This document shows, in pieces, positions 1 to 10,680 of a stretch of DNA of 64,000 nucleotides. The stretch is from Alphaproteobacteria bacterium (GTDB lineage Bacteria > Pseudomonadota > Alphaproteobacteria > CALKHQ01): NCBI GenBank assembly GCA_965227515.1, contig CBDDFZ010000001.1:576001-640000 (forward strand), in the 5' to 3' direction. Numbering within the stretch: position 1 is the first letter of the stretch; the number at the start of each line of letters is the position of its first letter. The notes under the pieces were generated by a model. It was given only the letters and a program-made list of their open reading frames with translations. It was not told the origin of the DNA and did not search any database. The position numbers were made by a program, and so were the translations under genes.

Positions 1-478
1 CCGTCAGCAGCACGGAAATCGCCAGGTCCAGCCCACCGAGCTTGCGGACGTAGCGGAAGATGGTGTCGGTCCAGTCCCGGCTGCGCTTGGCCAGCCCGCA
101 GTCGTCCATGAACCGTCCGAGCTCGGCCGCATGGCGCTGTTCCTCGCGAATGAACAGGCGGCAGGCATAGGAATAGGAATGGTCGCCAGACTTTTGCGCA
201 TGCAGGTCGGCGTGGTGCTGCAGGAATCGCCCGTCGGAGTTCTCGCCGAGCTGGAACTTGGCGATGGACCGTCCAATGGCACGCCGCTCTTCGGCGGTCA
301 GGCCGTGGTTGTCGTTCCAGATGATGGCGCGCCGCGCCGCCAGATTATTGCGGAAATAGGCCACCCAGGGCCCAGCGGGGCCGAACGGTGCCGGCTGCAA
401 TGTTGCGTGCGCTTCGCGCGCCGAAACCACCGCGCCGCTGGAACGGGCGCCGCGACCGGTCTGCTCGAACATCCGCAT
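1..478 (-). CDS. Ferritin-like domain protein (partial, runs off the window start; absent from the ORF track)
   Basis: Manual translation from ATG 478 (purine-rich RBS upstream): ...WVAYFRNN...SIAKFQLGENSDG...LFIREEQRHAAELGRF... The frame is open to position 2 and carries an EExRH diiron-type motif. Confidence 0.7.
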   Translation of the reverse strand, partial: MRMFEQTGRGARSSGAVVSAREAHATLQPAPFGPAGPWVAYFRNNLAARRAIIWNDNHGLTAEERRAIGRSIAKFQLGENSDGRFLQHHADLHAQKSGDHSYSYACRLFIREEQRHAAELGRFMDDCGLAKRSRDWTDTIFRYVRKLGGLDLAISVLLT

Positions 479-533
479 CGATCGATCGCCCCCTCTCGGT
501 CTCTGCAAGGTGCGCGGGCGCCGACTGCGGCAG

Positions 534-1340
534 TCAAAGCCCGAGCACGTCGCGCATTGTATACAGACCCGGCGGCTTGCCGGAACCCCAATGCGCCGCC
601 CGCAGCGCGCCACGGGCATAGATCTCCCGGCTGGTGGCGACATGGCCCAGGGTCAGCCGCTCGTGCTCGCCCGCGAAAACGACTGAATGCTCCCCGGTCA
701 CCGTGCCGCCGCGCATGGTGGCAAACCCGATGTCACCCGCGCGGCGCGGGCCGGTGATGCCGTCGCGGACCGACTGGCGGACCTCGCCCAGCTCGACCCC
801 GCGACCCGCCGCCGCCTCGCGGCCCAGCGCCAGGGCGGTGCCGCTGGGCGCATCGACCTTGCGGCGATGGTGCATTTCGCAGATCTCGATGTCCCAGTCC
901 GCGCCCAGAATGCCGGCGACCTGCCTGGTCAGCGCCTGCAGCAGCACGACGCCGACGCTGGTATTGGGCGCATGGATGATGGCGGTGTGGCGGGCGGCGC
1001 GCGACAAGGCCGCCTCCTGGTCGTCGGACAGCCCGCTGGTGCCGGCCACATGGACGCAACGCGCCTGGGCCGCCAGCTCCGAATGGCGCTCGGTGGCGGC
1101 GGGCGACGTGAAGTCCAGCACCGCGTCGGCAGCGGCGAACAGCGGCACCGGGTCATCGGTCACCGAGACACCGATGGCTTCCCGGCCAGCGAGCTCGCCG
1201 GCATCGCGGCCAAGCGCGGGCGAGCCCGGGGCCTCGGTCGCCCCGCTGACCACCGCATCCGGGTCGTCCAGCACGGCGGCCACCAACATCCGGCCCATAT
1301 GGCCGGACGCCCCGACCACCACGATATTCAATGCCGCCAT
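534..1340 (-). CDS. dapB: 4-hydroxy-tetrahydrodipicolinate reductase
   Basis: GASGHMG Rossmann motif, DFT, and [16 protein letters not shown] signature. Confidence 0.97.
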   Translation of the reverse strand: MAALNIVVVGASGHMGRMLVAAVLDDPDAVVSGATEAPGSPALGRDAGELAGREAIGVSVTDDPVPLFAAADAVLDFTSPAATERHSELAAQARCVHVAGTSGLSDDQEAALSRAARHTAIIHAPNTSVGVVLLQALTRQVAGILGADWDIEICEMHHRRKVDAPSGTALALGREAAAGRGVELGEVRQSVRDGITGPRRAGDIGFATMRGGTVTGEHSVVFAGEHERLTLGHVATSREIYARGALRAAHWGSGKPPGLYTMRDVLGL

Positions 1341-1395
1341 CGGCCGCTCCTGAAGTTGTCTCGCGCCAGCGAAAATCTCTCAGCGCCGCGGGAGC

Positions 1396-2829
1396 ATGAC
1401 TTTTGCGTTGCGGATGGTCAACGCAGCGACGATGGTTGCGGCCATGGCGCTCGTCCTTTCCGTCACCGCGCTGCTTGCCAGCCTATTCCTCCTGGATGCC
1501 AGCAACGGACTGCTGGGCACCGTCCTTGCCCTGCGCCTTGGCGCCGCCGACGTGGGCCGGGAATGGGTCGGCCCCGTGCTGGCCTGCTACTCCATCGGCT
1601 TCATCCTCGGCGCGATGCTGTGCGCGCGCATCATCGCGCGAGTCGGGCACATCCGCGCCTTCGCCGCCTTCGCCGCCATTGCCTGCTGCATCGCGCTCGC
1701 CCACTCGCTGACCGCGAACCTCTACATGTGGGCGTGGATGCGCGTCGTCACCGGTTTCTCGCTGGCCGGCATGTTCATGGTGGTCGAAAGCTGGATGAAC
1801 GAGCGCGCGGTCAACCGCATCCGCGGCGTGATGCTCAGCCTCTACATGATCGTCCATTTCAGCGGCGCCGGCGCCGGCCAGTTCCTGCTGAACCTGGCGC
1901 CCATCGAGGGCTACCACCTGTTCGTGATTGCGGCGATGATCGGGGCGCTGTCGCTGGTGCCGCTGGCGCTGACGACCAGCGAGCAGCCACGGGTGCCCAC
2001 GCCGGAGCGCTATGGCCCCCGGCAACTCTACAAGGTGTCGCCCTTGGGGGTGTTCGGGGCGTTCGGCACCGGCATCATCTCCGGCACATTCGGGTCGCTG
2101 GCGGCGGTGTTCGCCGGCGACATGGGCATGGATATCGAGCAGATCTCCATCTTCATGGGCTTTGCCCTGCTTTCCGGGCTGTTGCTGCAGTTCCCCATCG
2201 GCCTGCTGTCGGATCGGATCGACCGGCGCTGGATCATCGTCGGTACCTTCGCGGTCCCCGGCGTGCTGGCGATCGCGATGTCGGTGCTGGTGCTGGTGGC
2301 CGCCGACCAGATCCCGGCCTGGTTCATCATCGTCGGCGCCTGTGCCTTCACCGCGGTGGTCTATACGCAGTACGCCGTGTGCGTCGCCCACGCCAACGAC
2401 TTCGCCGGGCCGGGCCGGACCACGCAAGTCTCCGCCGGGCTGGCCATGATCTGGGGCTGCGGCCTGGTGCTGGGCCCGATCGTCACGTCCATCGTGATGG
2501 CGGCCATCGGGCCGGCCGGCTTCTGGATGTTCTCGGCGTTGACCGCCGTCGTCGTGGTGATCGTCGCTGTGCTGCGCATGCGCGCGCGGCCAACGGTGGA
2601 CTCGGTCACGCCCTACGTGCCGGCCTATGAGCGCGCGACCCCGGCCGCCGTGGTGCTCAACCCCGGTGTCGACCCAGACGACGTCGACAGCCTGGCCCAG
2701 TACGAGCCGCCTGCCGAAGATGAGCATCCGGCGGACGAGGAGGCGACCGCCGTCACGCCGAACCTGCCCGCGACGCCCGAGCCGCCGGCCGACGCCGCGT
2801 TCGAGGATGCGGAACCGCAGCCGCGCTAA
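1396..2829 (+). CDS. MFS transporter (YcaD-like)
   Basis: About 12 hydrophobic segments, RVGHIRAFA, VVESWMNE, GLLSDRIDRR MFS motif, acidic Pro-rich tail. Confidence 0.88.
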   Translation: MTFALRMVNAATMVAAMALVLSVTALLASLFLLDASNGLLGTVLALRLGAADVGREWVGPVLACYSIGFILGAMLCARIIARVGHIRAFAAFAAIACCIALAHSLTANLYMWAWMRVVTGFSLAGMFMVVESWMNERAVNRIRGVMLSLYMIVHFSGAGAGQFLLNLAPIEGYHLFVIAAMIGALSLVPLALTTSEQPRVPTPERYGPRQLYKVSPLGVFGAFGTGIISGTFGSLAAVFAGDMGMDIEQISIFMGFALLSGLLLQFPIGLLSDRIDRRWIIVGTFAVPGVLAIAMSVLVLVAADQIPAWFIIVGACAFTAVVYTQYAVCVAHANDFAGPGRTTQVSAGLAMIWGCGLVLGPIVTSIVMAAIGPAGFWMFSALTAVVVVIVAVLRMRARPTVDSVTPYVPAYERATPAAVVLNPGVDPDDVDSLAQYEPPAEDEHPADEEATAVTPNLPATPEPPADAAFEDAEPQPR

Positions 2830-2912
2830 AGCACGACCCAAACCAGGTCAGATTATCGGGGAAATGCCGGCGCCTTGCTGTTTCCGGGCGCCGACTGGAA
2901 TCTTCAAAACGC

Positions 2913-3233
2913 CTAGAGCGCGTCCTCGATCCAGGCGTAGAGATCGCTCTTGGCCATGTTGCCGACCTTGGTCGCCGCCAACTGACCGTCCTTGAACAGC
3001 ATCAATGTCGGAATGCCGCGCACACCGAACTTCACCGGCGTGTCCGGGTTCTCGTCGATGTTCAGCTTGCCGACGATGATCTCGTCCGCCTTGTCGCGGG
3101 CCAGCTCTTCCAATGCAGGCGCGATCGCCTTGCAGGGGCCGCACCATTCCGCCCAGAAGTCCAACAACACGGGCTTGTCGGAGTTCAGGACGTCCGACTC
3201 GAAGCTCGTATCCGAAATTGGCTTGGTATCCAT
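2913..3233 (-). CDS. trxA: Thioredoxin
   Basis: DFWAEWCGPCK. Start corrected to ATG 3233 (106 aa). Confidence 0.97.
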   Translation of the reverse strand: MDTKPISDTSFESDVLNSDKPVLLDFWAEWCGPCKAIAPALEELARDKADEIIVGKLNIDENPDTPVKFGVRGIPTLMLFKDGQLAATKVGNMAKSDLYAWIEDAL

Positions 3234-3308
3234 GACAATGCTCCCAACCCTTCGGGCAGCGGTTGCGTCCGCCACACGGTCACCTGCGGCTAGCCGCCGG
3301 CCAGCACC

Positions 3309-3336
3309 ATGTAGGCTGATGGTCAAACGTGTCAAG
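3309..3336 (-). promoter_or_regulatory. Putative RpoH-type promoter of trxA
   Basis: CTTGAC-N15-CCTACAT on the minus strand, matching the alphaproteobacterial sigma32 pattern CTTGAA-N15/16-CCTATAT. Confidence 0.55.
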
Positions 3337-6300
3337 CTAGGTCGGCTCGATCCAATTCCGCATCGGCCAGACGGTCGGCGCGCGGCCCGGCGGTCCAGAT
3401 CAGCCAGCACTCGACCGGCCGGTCCGGGAAAACCCGGCGCAAGACCGAGCGATAAAGTGCCATTTGCCGCAGATAGGCGGGCGGCGTTGTGGCGACGGTC
3501 GCGGGCGGCGCGCGGTTGGTCTTGAAATCGGCGATGACCACGCGGTCGTCCAGGACGCTCATCCGATCGACCTGGCCGGAGATTTCCGCACCCTGGTGCA
3601 CGCCGACGATGGGCACCTCGGCCAGGCTGCCGGGCCCGAACAGCCGCGCCAAGTCCGGGGCGCCGATCACCGCCAGCGCCTCTTGCGCCAGCGCCCCGGC
3701 CTCCGCCTCCGGCGCGCCGGGCCAGCGCCGTGCCACCAGCCGCCGGGCGGCGGCATCGCGGCGGTCGGGCGGCACTTCCGGCAACGCCTGCAGCATCGCA
3801 TGGATCAGGTTGCCGCGTTGCCGGGGGGTCAGGTCCCCGGCGGCCGTGTCCGGGCGTGGCGACAGCACCGGCGGCGCCTCCTCGAACCCGCCTGACGGCG
3901 ACGCAACGACCGGTCTCGGCCGCTCCCGCGCCGGATCGTTTCGAGCCCAGAACGGCAAAGGCGACCCCGTCACTTCGGCGTCCGGCGCGCCTGTATCGCG
4001 TGGAGTTTCCTTTTGGGGGCAGGCGTAGCGCCATGCGGCCAGGTCCTCCAGTCCGGCGCCGCCGGTAACGCCGTCGGGCACCTCCGCCGCCGACAAGTCC
4101 TCCAGGCCGGCGCGCACCAGCCCATGCCACGACTCCTCGACCGCGCCGGCATTCGAGGCCGGCTCGACACCACAGACATAGAGCCGGTCCTCGGCGCGGG
4201 TCATGGCGACATAGAGCAGGCGGTGATACTCGCGCCGCTGCGCGGCCTCGGCCAACTGGTGGGCCTGGCCGATGGTGGCGTCCTCATCGTCCCGGCGCGG
4301 CGCCCACAATGGTGCCGCCGCCCCGCTCGCGGCGCCACGCACCGCTGGGTCCGGCTGCCAGAAGACACGGTTGCTCACCTTCGGCCGGCCGGTCGTGTCG
4401 GGCAGGAACACCACCGGCGCCTGCAGGCCCTTGGCGCCATGCACCGTCATCACCCGCACCACGTCGGCGCTGCCCTGCTCCGGGTCGCGCTTCACTTCCA
4501 CGTCGCTCGATGCGAGCCACTGCACGAAGCCGATCAGCGACGGCGCATGCCGCGCCTCATAGGCAAGCGCCAGGCTCAGCAGCTCGTCGATGGGGTCGGC
4601 GGCATCGGGGCCCAGGCGGCGGAGCATGCGCTCCCGGCCGCTGACATCATCGCCGCCGCCATCCCCACCTCCATTGCCATCGCGCGCGTTCAGCATCGCC
4701 TCGACCAGCGCATGAGGCGACAGCCGGGCCGCCATCCGGCGAAAGTCCTCGATGGTGGCATGGGCGCGGCCAAGCCGGCTGTCCGGGTCGGTCTCGGCTT
4801 TCTCTTGGAGGGCTTTCCACAGCCGCCGGCTCTGCCGTCCTGCCGCCAGCGCGAACAGATCGTCCTCGTCGCAGCCCAATAGCGGCGATTTCAGCGCCGC
4901 CGCCAGGGTCAGGTCGTCGTCGGGCAGCACGATCACCCGCGCGAACGCGATCAGGTCCTGCACCGCGATGTGGTCGGTCAGCTTCAGGCGGTCGCGGCCT
5001 GCCACCGGCACGCCGCGCGCCTTCAGCTCGCGCACCAGCATGTCGTCCAGCGCGAAGCGCCGCCGCACCAGCACCAGGATGTCGCCGGCGCGGATGGCGC
5101 GGCCCTTGGACTCGAGCACCTCGTTGCCGATCATCGCGGCGATGCGGTCGGCCAGCCGGGTCGCCAGCCGCGAGACCGGCGAACGCTCCTCGGTCGCCTC
5201 CACCGGCGGCTTCCACGGCGGCGGCGTGTCGTCGACCGCGCGCGGCTCCAGCCCCCACAGCTCGACGAAGCCGCCGGCGCCCTCGCGATGCGCCTTGTGC
5301 TCCAGCCAGTCCCGGTCGCGCTGCTGCACGCCATCGGCGGCGGCCGGCCGTTTGAAGACCGCGTCCACCGTGTCCAGCACGGCACGGACGGATCGGAAGG
5401 ACGTGCCCAATGCAATGTCCGAGAAGCTATAGCCCGCATCGCATATTTCGGTTTCGAAATGAGTGCGCATGGCGCCGAACAGGGCCGGGTCCGCGCCCTG
5501 GAAGCTGTAGATCGACTGCTTCTCGTCGCCGACGGCGAACACGGTGCGCGGCGGCGGGCCGGCGGCATCGGCGGCGTGGGCGAAGAACTCGTCGGCCAGC
5601 AGCCGCATCACTTCCCACTGGTCGGGGCTGGTGTCCTGCGCCTCGTCGATCAGGATGTGGGCGAGGCCGCCGTCGATCTTGTAGTGGACCCATGGCGCGA
5701 TGCCGGGCTGGCGCAGCAGCGCCAGGGTGCGCGCGATCAGGTCCTCGTAGTCGAGCGCGGCGCGATAGGTCTTCATCGCCTGGTAGCGCGCGATCACCGC
5801 GTCGGCGACGCGGACCAGCGCTGTCGTCCCCGCCAGCACGCCCGCACTGAGCAGTTCGTCGACAAAATCGACGATCCGCGCCTGCTCCCGCGCCAGTGCG
5901 TCGGCGGCATCGGGATCGGCCTCGCTCACCTTCTTGGTCGCCAGGGTCTTCTGCGGCGTGCCCTTCTGGGTTAGCCAGACCCTGCGATACGCCCCGAATC
6001 CGGCGCGGCGCGCGGCCTCGTCGCCAGCCAACCAGCCGGCGATGGCCTGGCCGCGGGCACCGTCGGCGCCGCTACCGCCGAGCAGGGCGACGGCGGCCCC
6101 GCGCAGTCCTTCGCGGTCGAAGGCGCCCTCGGCGCAGGCGGCGGCAATCACCGCTTCCGGCGTCACCGGGCCGGGCAGCCCCAAGACACCGGGGAGGGCG
6201 GCCAGCGCGCCCCGCAGCCCGCCATGGGCATCGATCCATGTGGAGAGCTTGCCGCGCGCGGCGACCATGCCGCGCAGCAGGTTGTCGATCTCGTCGGCGG

Positions 6301-6889
6301 AGATCTGGCCGGCCAGCAGCGACAGCGCCTCCGCCACGCCGTCGTCGGCATCTTGCGCCACCGTCAGCACGTGCATGCGCGCGGCGGTCAGCAAGTCGGC
6401 GGCCTCCCGCTCCTCGATCACGCCGAAATGCGGCGCGACGCCGGCCTCCAGCGGAAAGCGGCGCAGCAGCGACTGGCAGAAGGCGTGGATGGTCTCGATC
6501 CGCAGGCTCTCGCGATTGTCCAGCACCTCGGCGAACAGCCGGCGCGCATCCTCCACGGTCTTGCCGGCTATCGGGCTGTCGGCTATTGGGCTGCCAGTCA
6601 GCGCGGTCAGTTCCAGGCTCAGCTCGTGCGGCGCGCAGGTCGCCCAGTGCGCCAACCTGTCGGTCAGCCGGTTGACCATCTCGCCAGCCGCCGCCTTGGT
6701 GTAGGTCAGGCACAGGATGCGGTGCACCGACGCCCCGCTCAGCAACAGGCGCAGCACCCGGTCGGTCAGCACCTTGGTCTTGCCGGACCCGGCCGAGGCC
6801 GACACCCAGACCGACCCGCCGGGCGTGCTGGCGGCGAGCTGTTCGCCGGTGGGCTCGCCCTTCCGTGGCTCGGCAACGGCCTCGCTCAT
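3332..6889 (-). CDS. addA: Double-strand break repair helicase/nuclease AddA
   Basis: SAGSGKT Walker A, LIDEAQD, VGDEKQSIYSFQGA, MTVHGAKGL, C-terminal GQVDR..DFKT nuclease domain. Confidence 0.97.
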   Translation of the reverse strand: MSEAVAEPRKGEPTGEQLAASTPGGSVWVSASAGSGKTKVLTDRVLRLLLSGASVHRILCLTYTKAAAGEMVNRLTDRLAHWATCAPHELSLELTALTGSPIADSPIAGKTVEDARRLFAEVLDNRESLRIETIHAFCQSLLRRFPLEAGVAPHFGVIEEREAADLLTAARMHVLTVAQDADDGVAEALSLLAGQISADEIDNLLRGMVAARGKLSTWIDAHGGLRGALAALPGVLGLPGPVTPEAVIAAACAEGAFDREGLRGAAVALLGGSGADGARGQAIAGWLAGDEAARRAGFGAYRRVWLTQKGTPQKTLATKKVSEADPDAADALAREQARIVDFVDELLSAGVLAGTTALVRVADAVIARYQAMKTYRAALDYEDLIARTLALLRQPGIAPWVHYKIDGGLAHILIDEAQDTSPDQWEVMRLLADEFFAHAADAAGPPPRTVFAVGDEKQSIYSFQGADPALFGAMRTHFETEICDAGYSFSDIALGTSFRSVRAVLDTVDAVFKRPAAADGVQQRDRDWLEHKAHREGAGGFVELWGLEPRAVDDTPPPWKPPVEATEERSPVSRLATRLADRIAAMIGNEVLESKGRAIRAGDILVLVRRRFALDDMLVRELKARGVPVAGRDRLKLTDHIAVQDLIAFARVIVLPDDDLTLAAALKSPLLGCDEDDLFALAAGRQSRRLWKALQEKAETDPDSRLGRAHATIEDFRRMAARLSPHALVEAMLNARDGNGGGDGGGDDVSGRERMLRRLGPDAADPIDELLSLALAYEARHAPSLIGFVQWLASSDVEVKRDPEQGSADVVRVMTVHGAKGLQAPVVFLPDTTGRPKVSNRVFWQPDPAVRGAASGAAAPLWAPRRDDEDATIGQAHQLAEAAQRREYHRLLYVAMTRAEDRLYVCGVEPASNAGAVEESWHGLVRAGLEDLSAAEVPDGVTGGAGLEDLAAWRYACPQKETPRDTGAPDAEVTGSPLPFWARNDPARERPRPVVASPSGGFEEAPPVLSPRPDTAAGDLTPRQRGNLIHAMLQALPEVPPDRRDAAARRLVARRWPGAPEAEAGALAQEALAVIGAPDLARLFGPGSLAEVPIVGVHQGAEISGQVDRMSVLDDRVVIADFKTNRAPPATVATTPPAYLRQMALYRSVLRRVFPDRPVECWLIWTAGPRADRLADAELDRADLA

Positions 6890-9852
6890 TCCGGGTCCTC
6901 CCCGCCGACCGCGCTCCATTCGCTGGTCCGGGCCAGGTGCTGGTAGTCGTCGTAGCGCGGCGCGTGCTTCGGCGACGGGCGGGCGAGATAGGGCGTGGCC
7001 GCGTCATCGAAGCGGGCGACGAGGCCGGCCAGCCCCGTCTTTGCCTCGGCGATCACATCGTCGGGCGGGCCCTTGGTGGCCGATTTCACCTCGCCGGCCG
7101 GCACCAACCCGCCGACCCGCCAGTACTCGAGCGCCGAGATCGCGGTCGCCGACACGCCCTCGAACCCGCCGGCCAGCACCATCGCGCCCTCCAGGGTGAG
7201 CTGCGGGGCATAGCCCGCCGCCACTTCGGTCGCCGAGGGCGGTGCGCCGGTCTTGTAGTCGATGACCCGCGCGGTGCCGTCGGCCAGCAGGTCGATGCGG
7301 TCGGCGGTGGCGGACAGGGTGAACGGTCCGGCCTGGCCCATCACCTCCATCTCGCCCTTGCGCTCGGTGACCGTGCGGGCGATGGCGTGCGCGCGCTCGT
7401 CCTGCCGCTCGGCGAACCAGGCGGCGACCCGGGCGATCCTGGGCCACCACAGGGCACGGATCGCCGGTGAATCGATACTGTCGTCCAGCACCTGGCGGCC
7501 CAGCGCCAGCAAGGACTCCAGCGTGCCGGGACCATCCCCAGGGCCGTCCGAGGCGACGAAGCGGTCCAGCACGTCGTGCACCACATTGCCGAAATCGGCC
7601 GCGCCGGGCTCCTCGTCCAGGTCGTCGAGCTTGCGCAAGCCCAGCACATGGCGGGCATAGACCGCATAGGGATTGCGCCGCCACATCTCGATCTGGGTGA
7701 CCGAAAGCCGGCGCGGGCGGGCGGCCACCGGCGGCGTCGGGGCTGGGCGGGCAACCGGAGCCAAGCCCTTCGGCCGGTCGAGCGCGGCGGCCCAGGCCAG
7801 CCAGTCGCCGGATGCGAAGCGTGTGGCCTCGCCGCCGCCAAACGTGTCCAGCGTCGCATCCAGGCGCAGCAGCCAGCGCGACGGCGTCGTCGGCGCGCCA
7901 TCGACCCTCAGCGCACGGGTCAGCATCACTTCCGGCGCGGCGAAGCATTGCGCAAAGTCGTGCGCGGAAAGCCCGATGCGGCGGTCGGCGCCGGGCAGGC
8001 CGAAGGTGGCGCGCATCGGCCGGCTCATCCACGGGTCGATGCCGGGGTCCGGCGGCCAAGTGCCGTCGTTCAGGCCGCCCAGCACGACCAAATCATGGCG
8101 CTGCAGCCGTGCCTCCAGCGGTCCCAGGATCGCCAGCCGGGGGTGGGTGCCGAACCCGGGGCGGACGGTCACGGACTCCAACCCGGCGGTCAGCACGGCG
8201 AGGTAGTCGTCCGGCGTCAACGGTGCACAGTCCGCGGCGGCGACCCCCAGGTCGTCCAGCACTTCCTGCGCCGCATTGCCGTCATCGCCCGCCCAAAGGC
8301 TGTCGGCGCCGGCCAGCGCCTCGGCGGCGGCGATGTGGGCGGCCAGATAGTCGGTCAGCGGCGCGGTGGCGCGCGGATCGGTGCACAGCGCGGCGAGCGG
8401 GCCGAGTTTCGCCTCCAGGCTGTCGAGCCACCCCAGCCAGCGCGTGCGATGGTCAGCCGCATCGTCGGCGGCAACGCGGGCGCGCAAACCCTCGAACCCC
8501 GGCGCCGGGCGCGGGCCGCGCAGGTAGCGCCGCTCGAAGGTGCGGATGTCGGCATCGTGGGCGCCGCGCATATCCTCCGCCACCAGCGGGTGATGCAGCA
8601 GGGCGAGCAGGGGCACCGGCGCCAGACCCTCGATCGCCGCCTCGAGGAGATGCAGCAGGTACCGGCCCGCGCGGGACCGCGACAGGCGCCGGCCGGCACT
8701 GTCGTCGATGGCGATATGCCAGCGCGCCAGCAGCGCCGCCACCCGCGCCGCCAACTGCCGGTCGGGGGTGACGAGCACGCCGGTGCGCTCCGGGGTCTCC
8801 AGCACGCCGCGCAGGGCCAGCGCGATCGCCGTCGCCTCGTCCTGCGGCGTCGGGCAGTCGACCCGGGTGACGCCAGCCATCGCCGAGCGCACCTGCGCCG
8901 CCGGAAAGTCCTCGCGGGGCACGTCGCCGGTGCGCGATGCCGGCAGTTGCGCGATGCCGACGAGCCGCAGCCGGTCCGGCATCGGCGGCGGTTCGTCCGG
9001 CGCGCGCGGCCAGTCGGCAACTGCCTCGCGCGGCAACCCCATCTGGTCGAGCAGGTGCTTCAGGCCGTATTGCGGATGGGTCGGCCCGACGGCCGCCCAG
9101 TCATCGTCATCGAGGGCGCGGTCCAGGCCGGGCAGGACGACCACGCCGTTCGGCAACCCCGCCACCGCCGCCACCAACGCGGCGGTTGCCGGCACGGTGC
9201 CGGTGGTGCCGGCGGCGAAGATCGGACCATCGGGCGGATTTGCGCGCCACGCCGCCGCCATCGCCCGCAACAGCCGGTTGCGCCGATCGGCCGGGTCGAT
9301 CAAGCCCATACCGTCGAGGATCCGCGGCCAGTGCTCGGTGACGATGCGCAGGAACGCCACCGTGTCCTGCCAATGTTGCGGGTTCGGCAGGTCGACCAGA
9401 TCGGCCAGGCGCGCCCAGTCCAGCCCCTCGGTGTGGACCTGGTCGACCAGCCGCGCCAGCTCGTCGGCCAGCCGCAACGCCATGTCCTGGGTGCCGGCGA
9501 AGGTGCCGCCGCCCTGGCGGATCAGCCGGGCCAGGATCAAACGGCGGCGCATCTCGCCGATGGCTGGCGGGATATCCGCGTCGCCGATCAATGCGTCCAG
9601 ACCGAGGGTCTCAGGTGCATCGTCGTCCGGGGCGCCGAACGTCGAGATGCGCGGCAGCAGCAGGCCGTCCCGCGCCCCGTGGTGCAGGAACGCTGCCCGC
9701 AGCGCCCGCTCGGCGCGCCGGGTCGGCAGCAGGATCCGGGCGCGGGCCAGCGACATCGGGTCGGTGCCGATGCGGGCAAGAATGCCGTGGGCCAGCGCAT
9801 CGACGAACGACCGGTCGGCCGAGATCGTGAAGACGCTGCCCGAGGCGGCCAT
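6886..9852 (-). CDS. addB: Double-strand break repair protein AddB
   Basis: LLPTRRA, LGPLEARL, LSVTQIE, ADRID..DYKTG. Overlaps the addA start. Confidence 0.96.
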   Translation of the reverse strand: MAASGSVFTISADRSFVDALAHGILARIGTDPMSLARARILLPTRRAERALRAAFLHHGARDGLLLPRISTFGAPDDDAPETLGLDALIGDADIPPAIGEMRRRLILARLIRQGGGTFAGTQDMALRLADELARLVDQVHTEGLDWARLADLVDLPNPQHWQDTVAFLRIVTEHWPRILDGMGLIDPADRRNRLLRAMAAAWRANPPDGPIFAAGTTGTVPATAALVAAVAGLPNGVVVLPGLDRALDDDDWAAVGPTHPQYGLKHLLDQMGLPREAVADWPRAPDEPPPMPDRLRLVGIAQLPASRTGDVPREDFPAAQVRSAMAGVTRVDCPTPQDEATAIALALRGVLETPERTGVLVTPDRQLAARVAALLARWHIAIDDSAGRRLSRSRAGRYLLHLLEAAIEGLAPVPLLALLHHPLVAEDMRGAHDADIRTFERRYLRGPRPAPGFEGLRARVAADDAADHRTRWLGWLDSLEAKLGPLAALCTDPRATAPLTDYLAAHIAAAEALAGADSLWAGDDGNAAQEVLDDLGVAAADCAPLTPDDYLAVLTAGLESVTVRPGFGTHPRLAILGPLEARLQRHDLVVLGGLNDGTWPPDPGIDPWMSRPMRATFGLPGADRRIGLSAHDFAQCFAAPEVMLTRALRVDGAPTTPSRWLLRLDATLDTFGGGEATRFASGDWLAWAAALDRPKGLAPVARPAPTPPVAARPRRLSVTQIEMWRRNPYAVYARHVLGLRKLDDLDEEPGAADFGNVVHDVLDRFVASDGPGDGPGTLESLLALGRQVLDDSIDSPAIRALWWPRIARVAAWFAERQDERAHAIARTVTERKGEMEVMGQAGPFTLSATADRIDLLADGTARVIDYKTGAPPSATEVAAGYAPQLTLEGAMVLAGGFEGVSATAISALEYWRVGGLVPAGEVKSATKGPPDDVIAEAKTGLAGLVARFDDAATPYLARPSPKHAPRYDDYQHLARTSEWSAVGGEDPE

Positions 9853-9861
9853 TATCCTGAT

Positions 9862-10641
9862 TTAGGTGTACAGGGCGTGCAGCAGGTCGCCGGCCAGGAA
9901 CGCCTCGGCCTCGCGCAAGGCGGCGGGCGTGCCGACGTGGAACCACTCGCCGTCGTGGTTGAGCCCGAACAGCCGCCCGGCCGCCTCCGCCCGGTCGAAC
10001 AACAGCTTCATGGAGAACGGGTCCGGCGGCAGATTGACGAAGACGCGCGGGTGCACGATCTGGACGCTGGCGAAAGCGAATGGCGCGGAATGTCCTTCCT
10101 CGCGGCCGGTCAGGTGGCCCATCGGATCGAGGTCATAGTCGCCCAGGCCGTCATAGCCCAGGGCGCGCGCGGTCGATTTGACCAGCAGCAGGATGTCCAT
10201 CCGTTCCGGGTCCCACATCGCCTGCATGCGGTCGAGCGTCGGCATCGGCCCGTCGAGCCAGAACGCGTCGCCGTTGATGACGAAGAACGGGTCCGGCCCC
10301 AGCCGGTCGAGCGCCCTGCGCACGCCGCCGCCAGTGCCCAGCAGTTCCGGCTCGTGCATCACCTCAACCCGCGGCGATTGCCACAGCGACAGGTGGTTGG
10401 CCAGCCGGTCCGCCAGGTAGTGGGCATTGACCACAACATCGGTGATGCCGGCCTCCACCAACCGGTCGAGGATGGTGTCGATCAGGCTGCGGTCGGCCAG
10501 CGGCAGCAGGGGCTTGGGCGTGGTGTCGGTCAGGGGACGCATGCGGGTGCCCAGCCCGGCGCACAGCACCATTGCCCGCGTGATTGGGGCTCGGGTGATG
10601 GGCGCGCTGGACGCGGCGGCGGTTTCGGACGGCGCGGTCAT
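9862..10641 (-). CDS. murU: Nucleotidyltransferase, MurU-like (MurNAc-1P uridylyltransferase)
   Basis: LCAGLGTRMRPLT..PKPL and LGTGGGV motifs, adjacent to an amgK-like kinase. Confidence 0.85.
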   Translation of the reverse strand: MTAPSETAAASSAPITRAPITRAMVLCAGLGTRMRPLTDTTPKPLLPLADRSLIDTILDRLVEAGITDVVVNAHYLADRLANHLSLWQSPRVEVMHEPELLGTGGGVRRALDRLGPDPFFVINGDAFWLDGPMPTLDRMQAMWDPERMDILLLVKSTARALGYDGLGDYDLDPMGHLTGREEGHSAPFAFASVQIVHPRVFVNLPPDPFSMKLLFDRAEAAGRLFGLNHDGEWFHVGTPAALREAEAFLAGDLLHALYT

Positions 10642-10680
10642 GGCGCCATGTCTGCAACGCGCGCGCGGCGAAGGCAAGCC

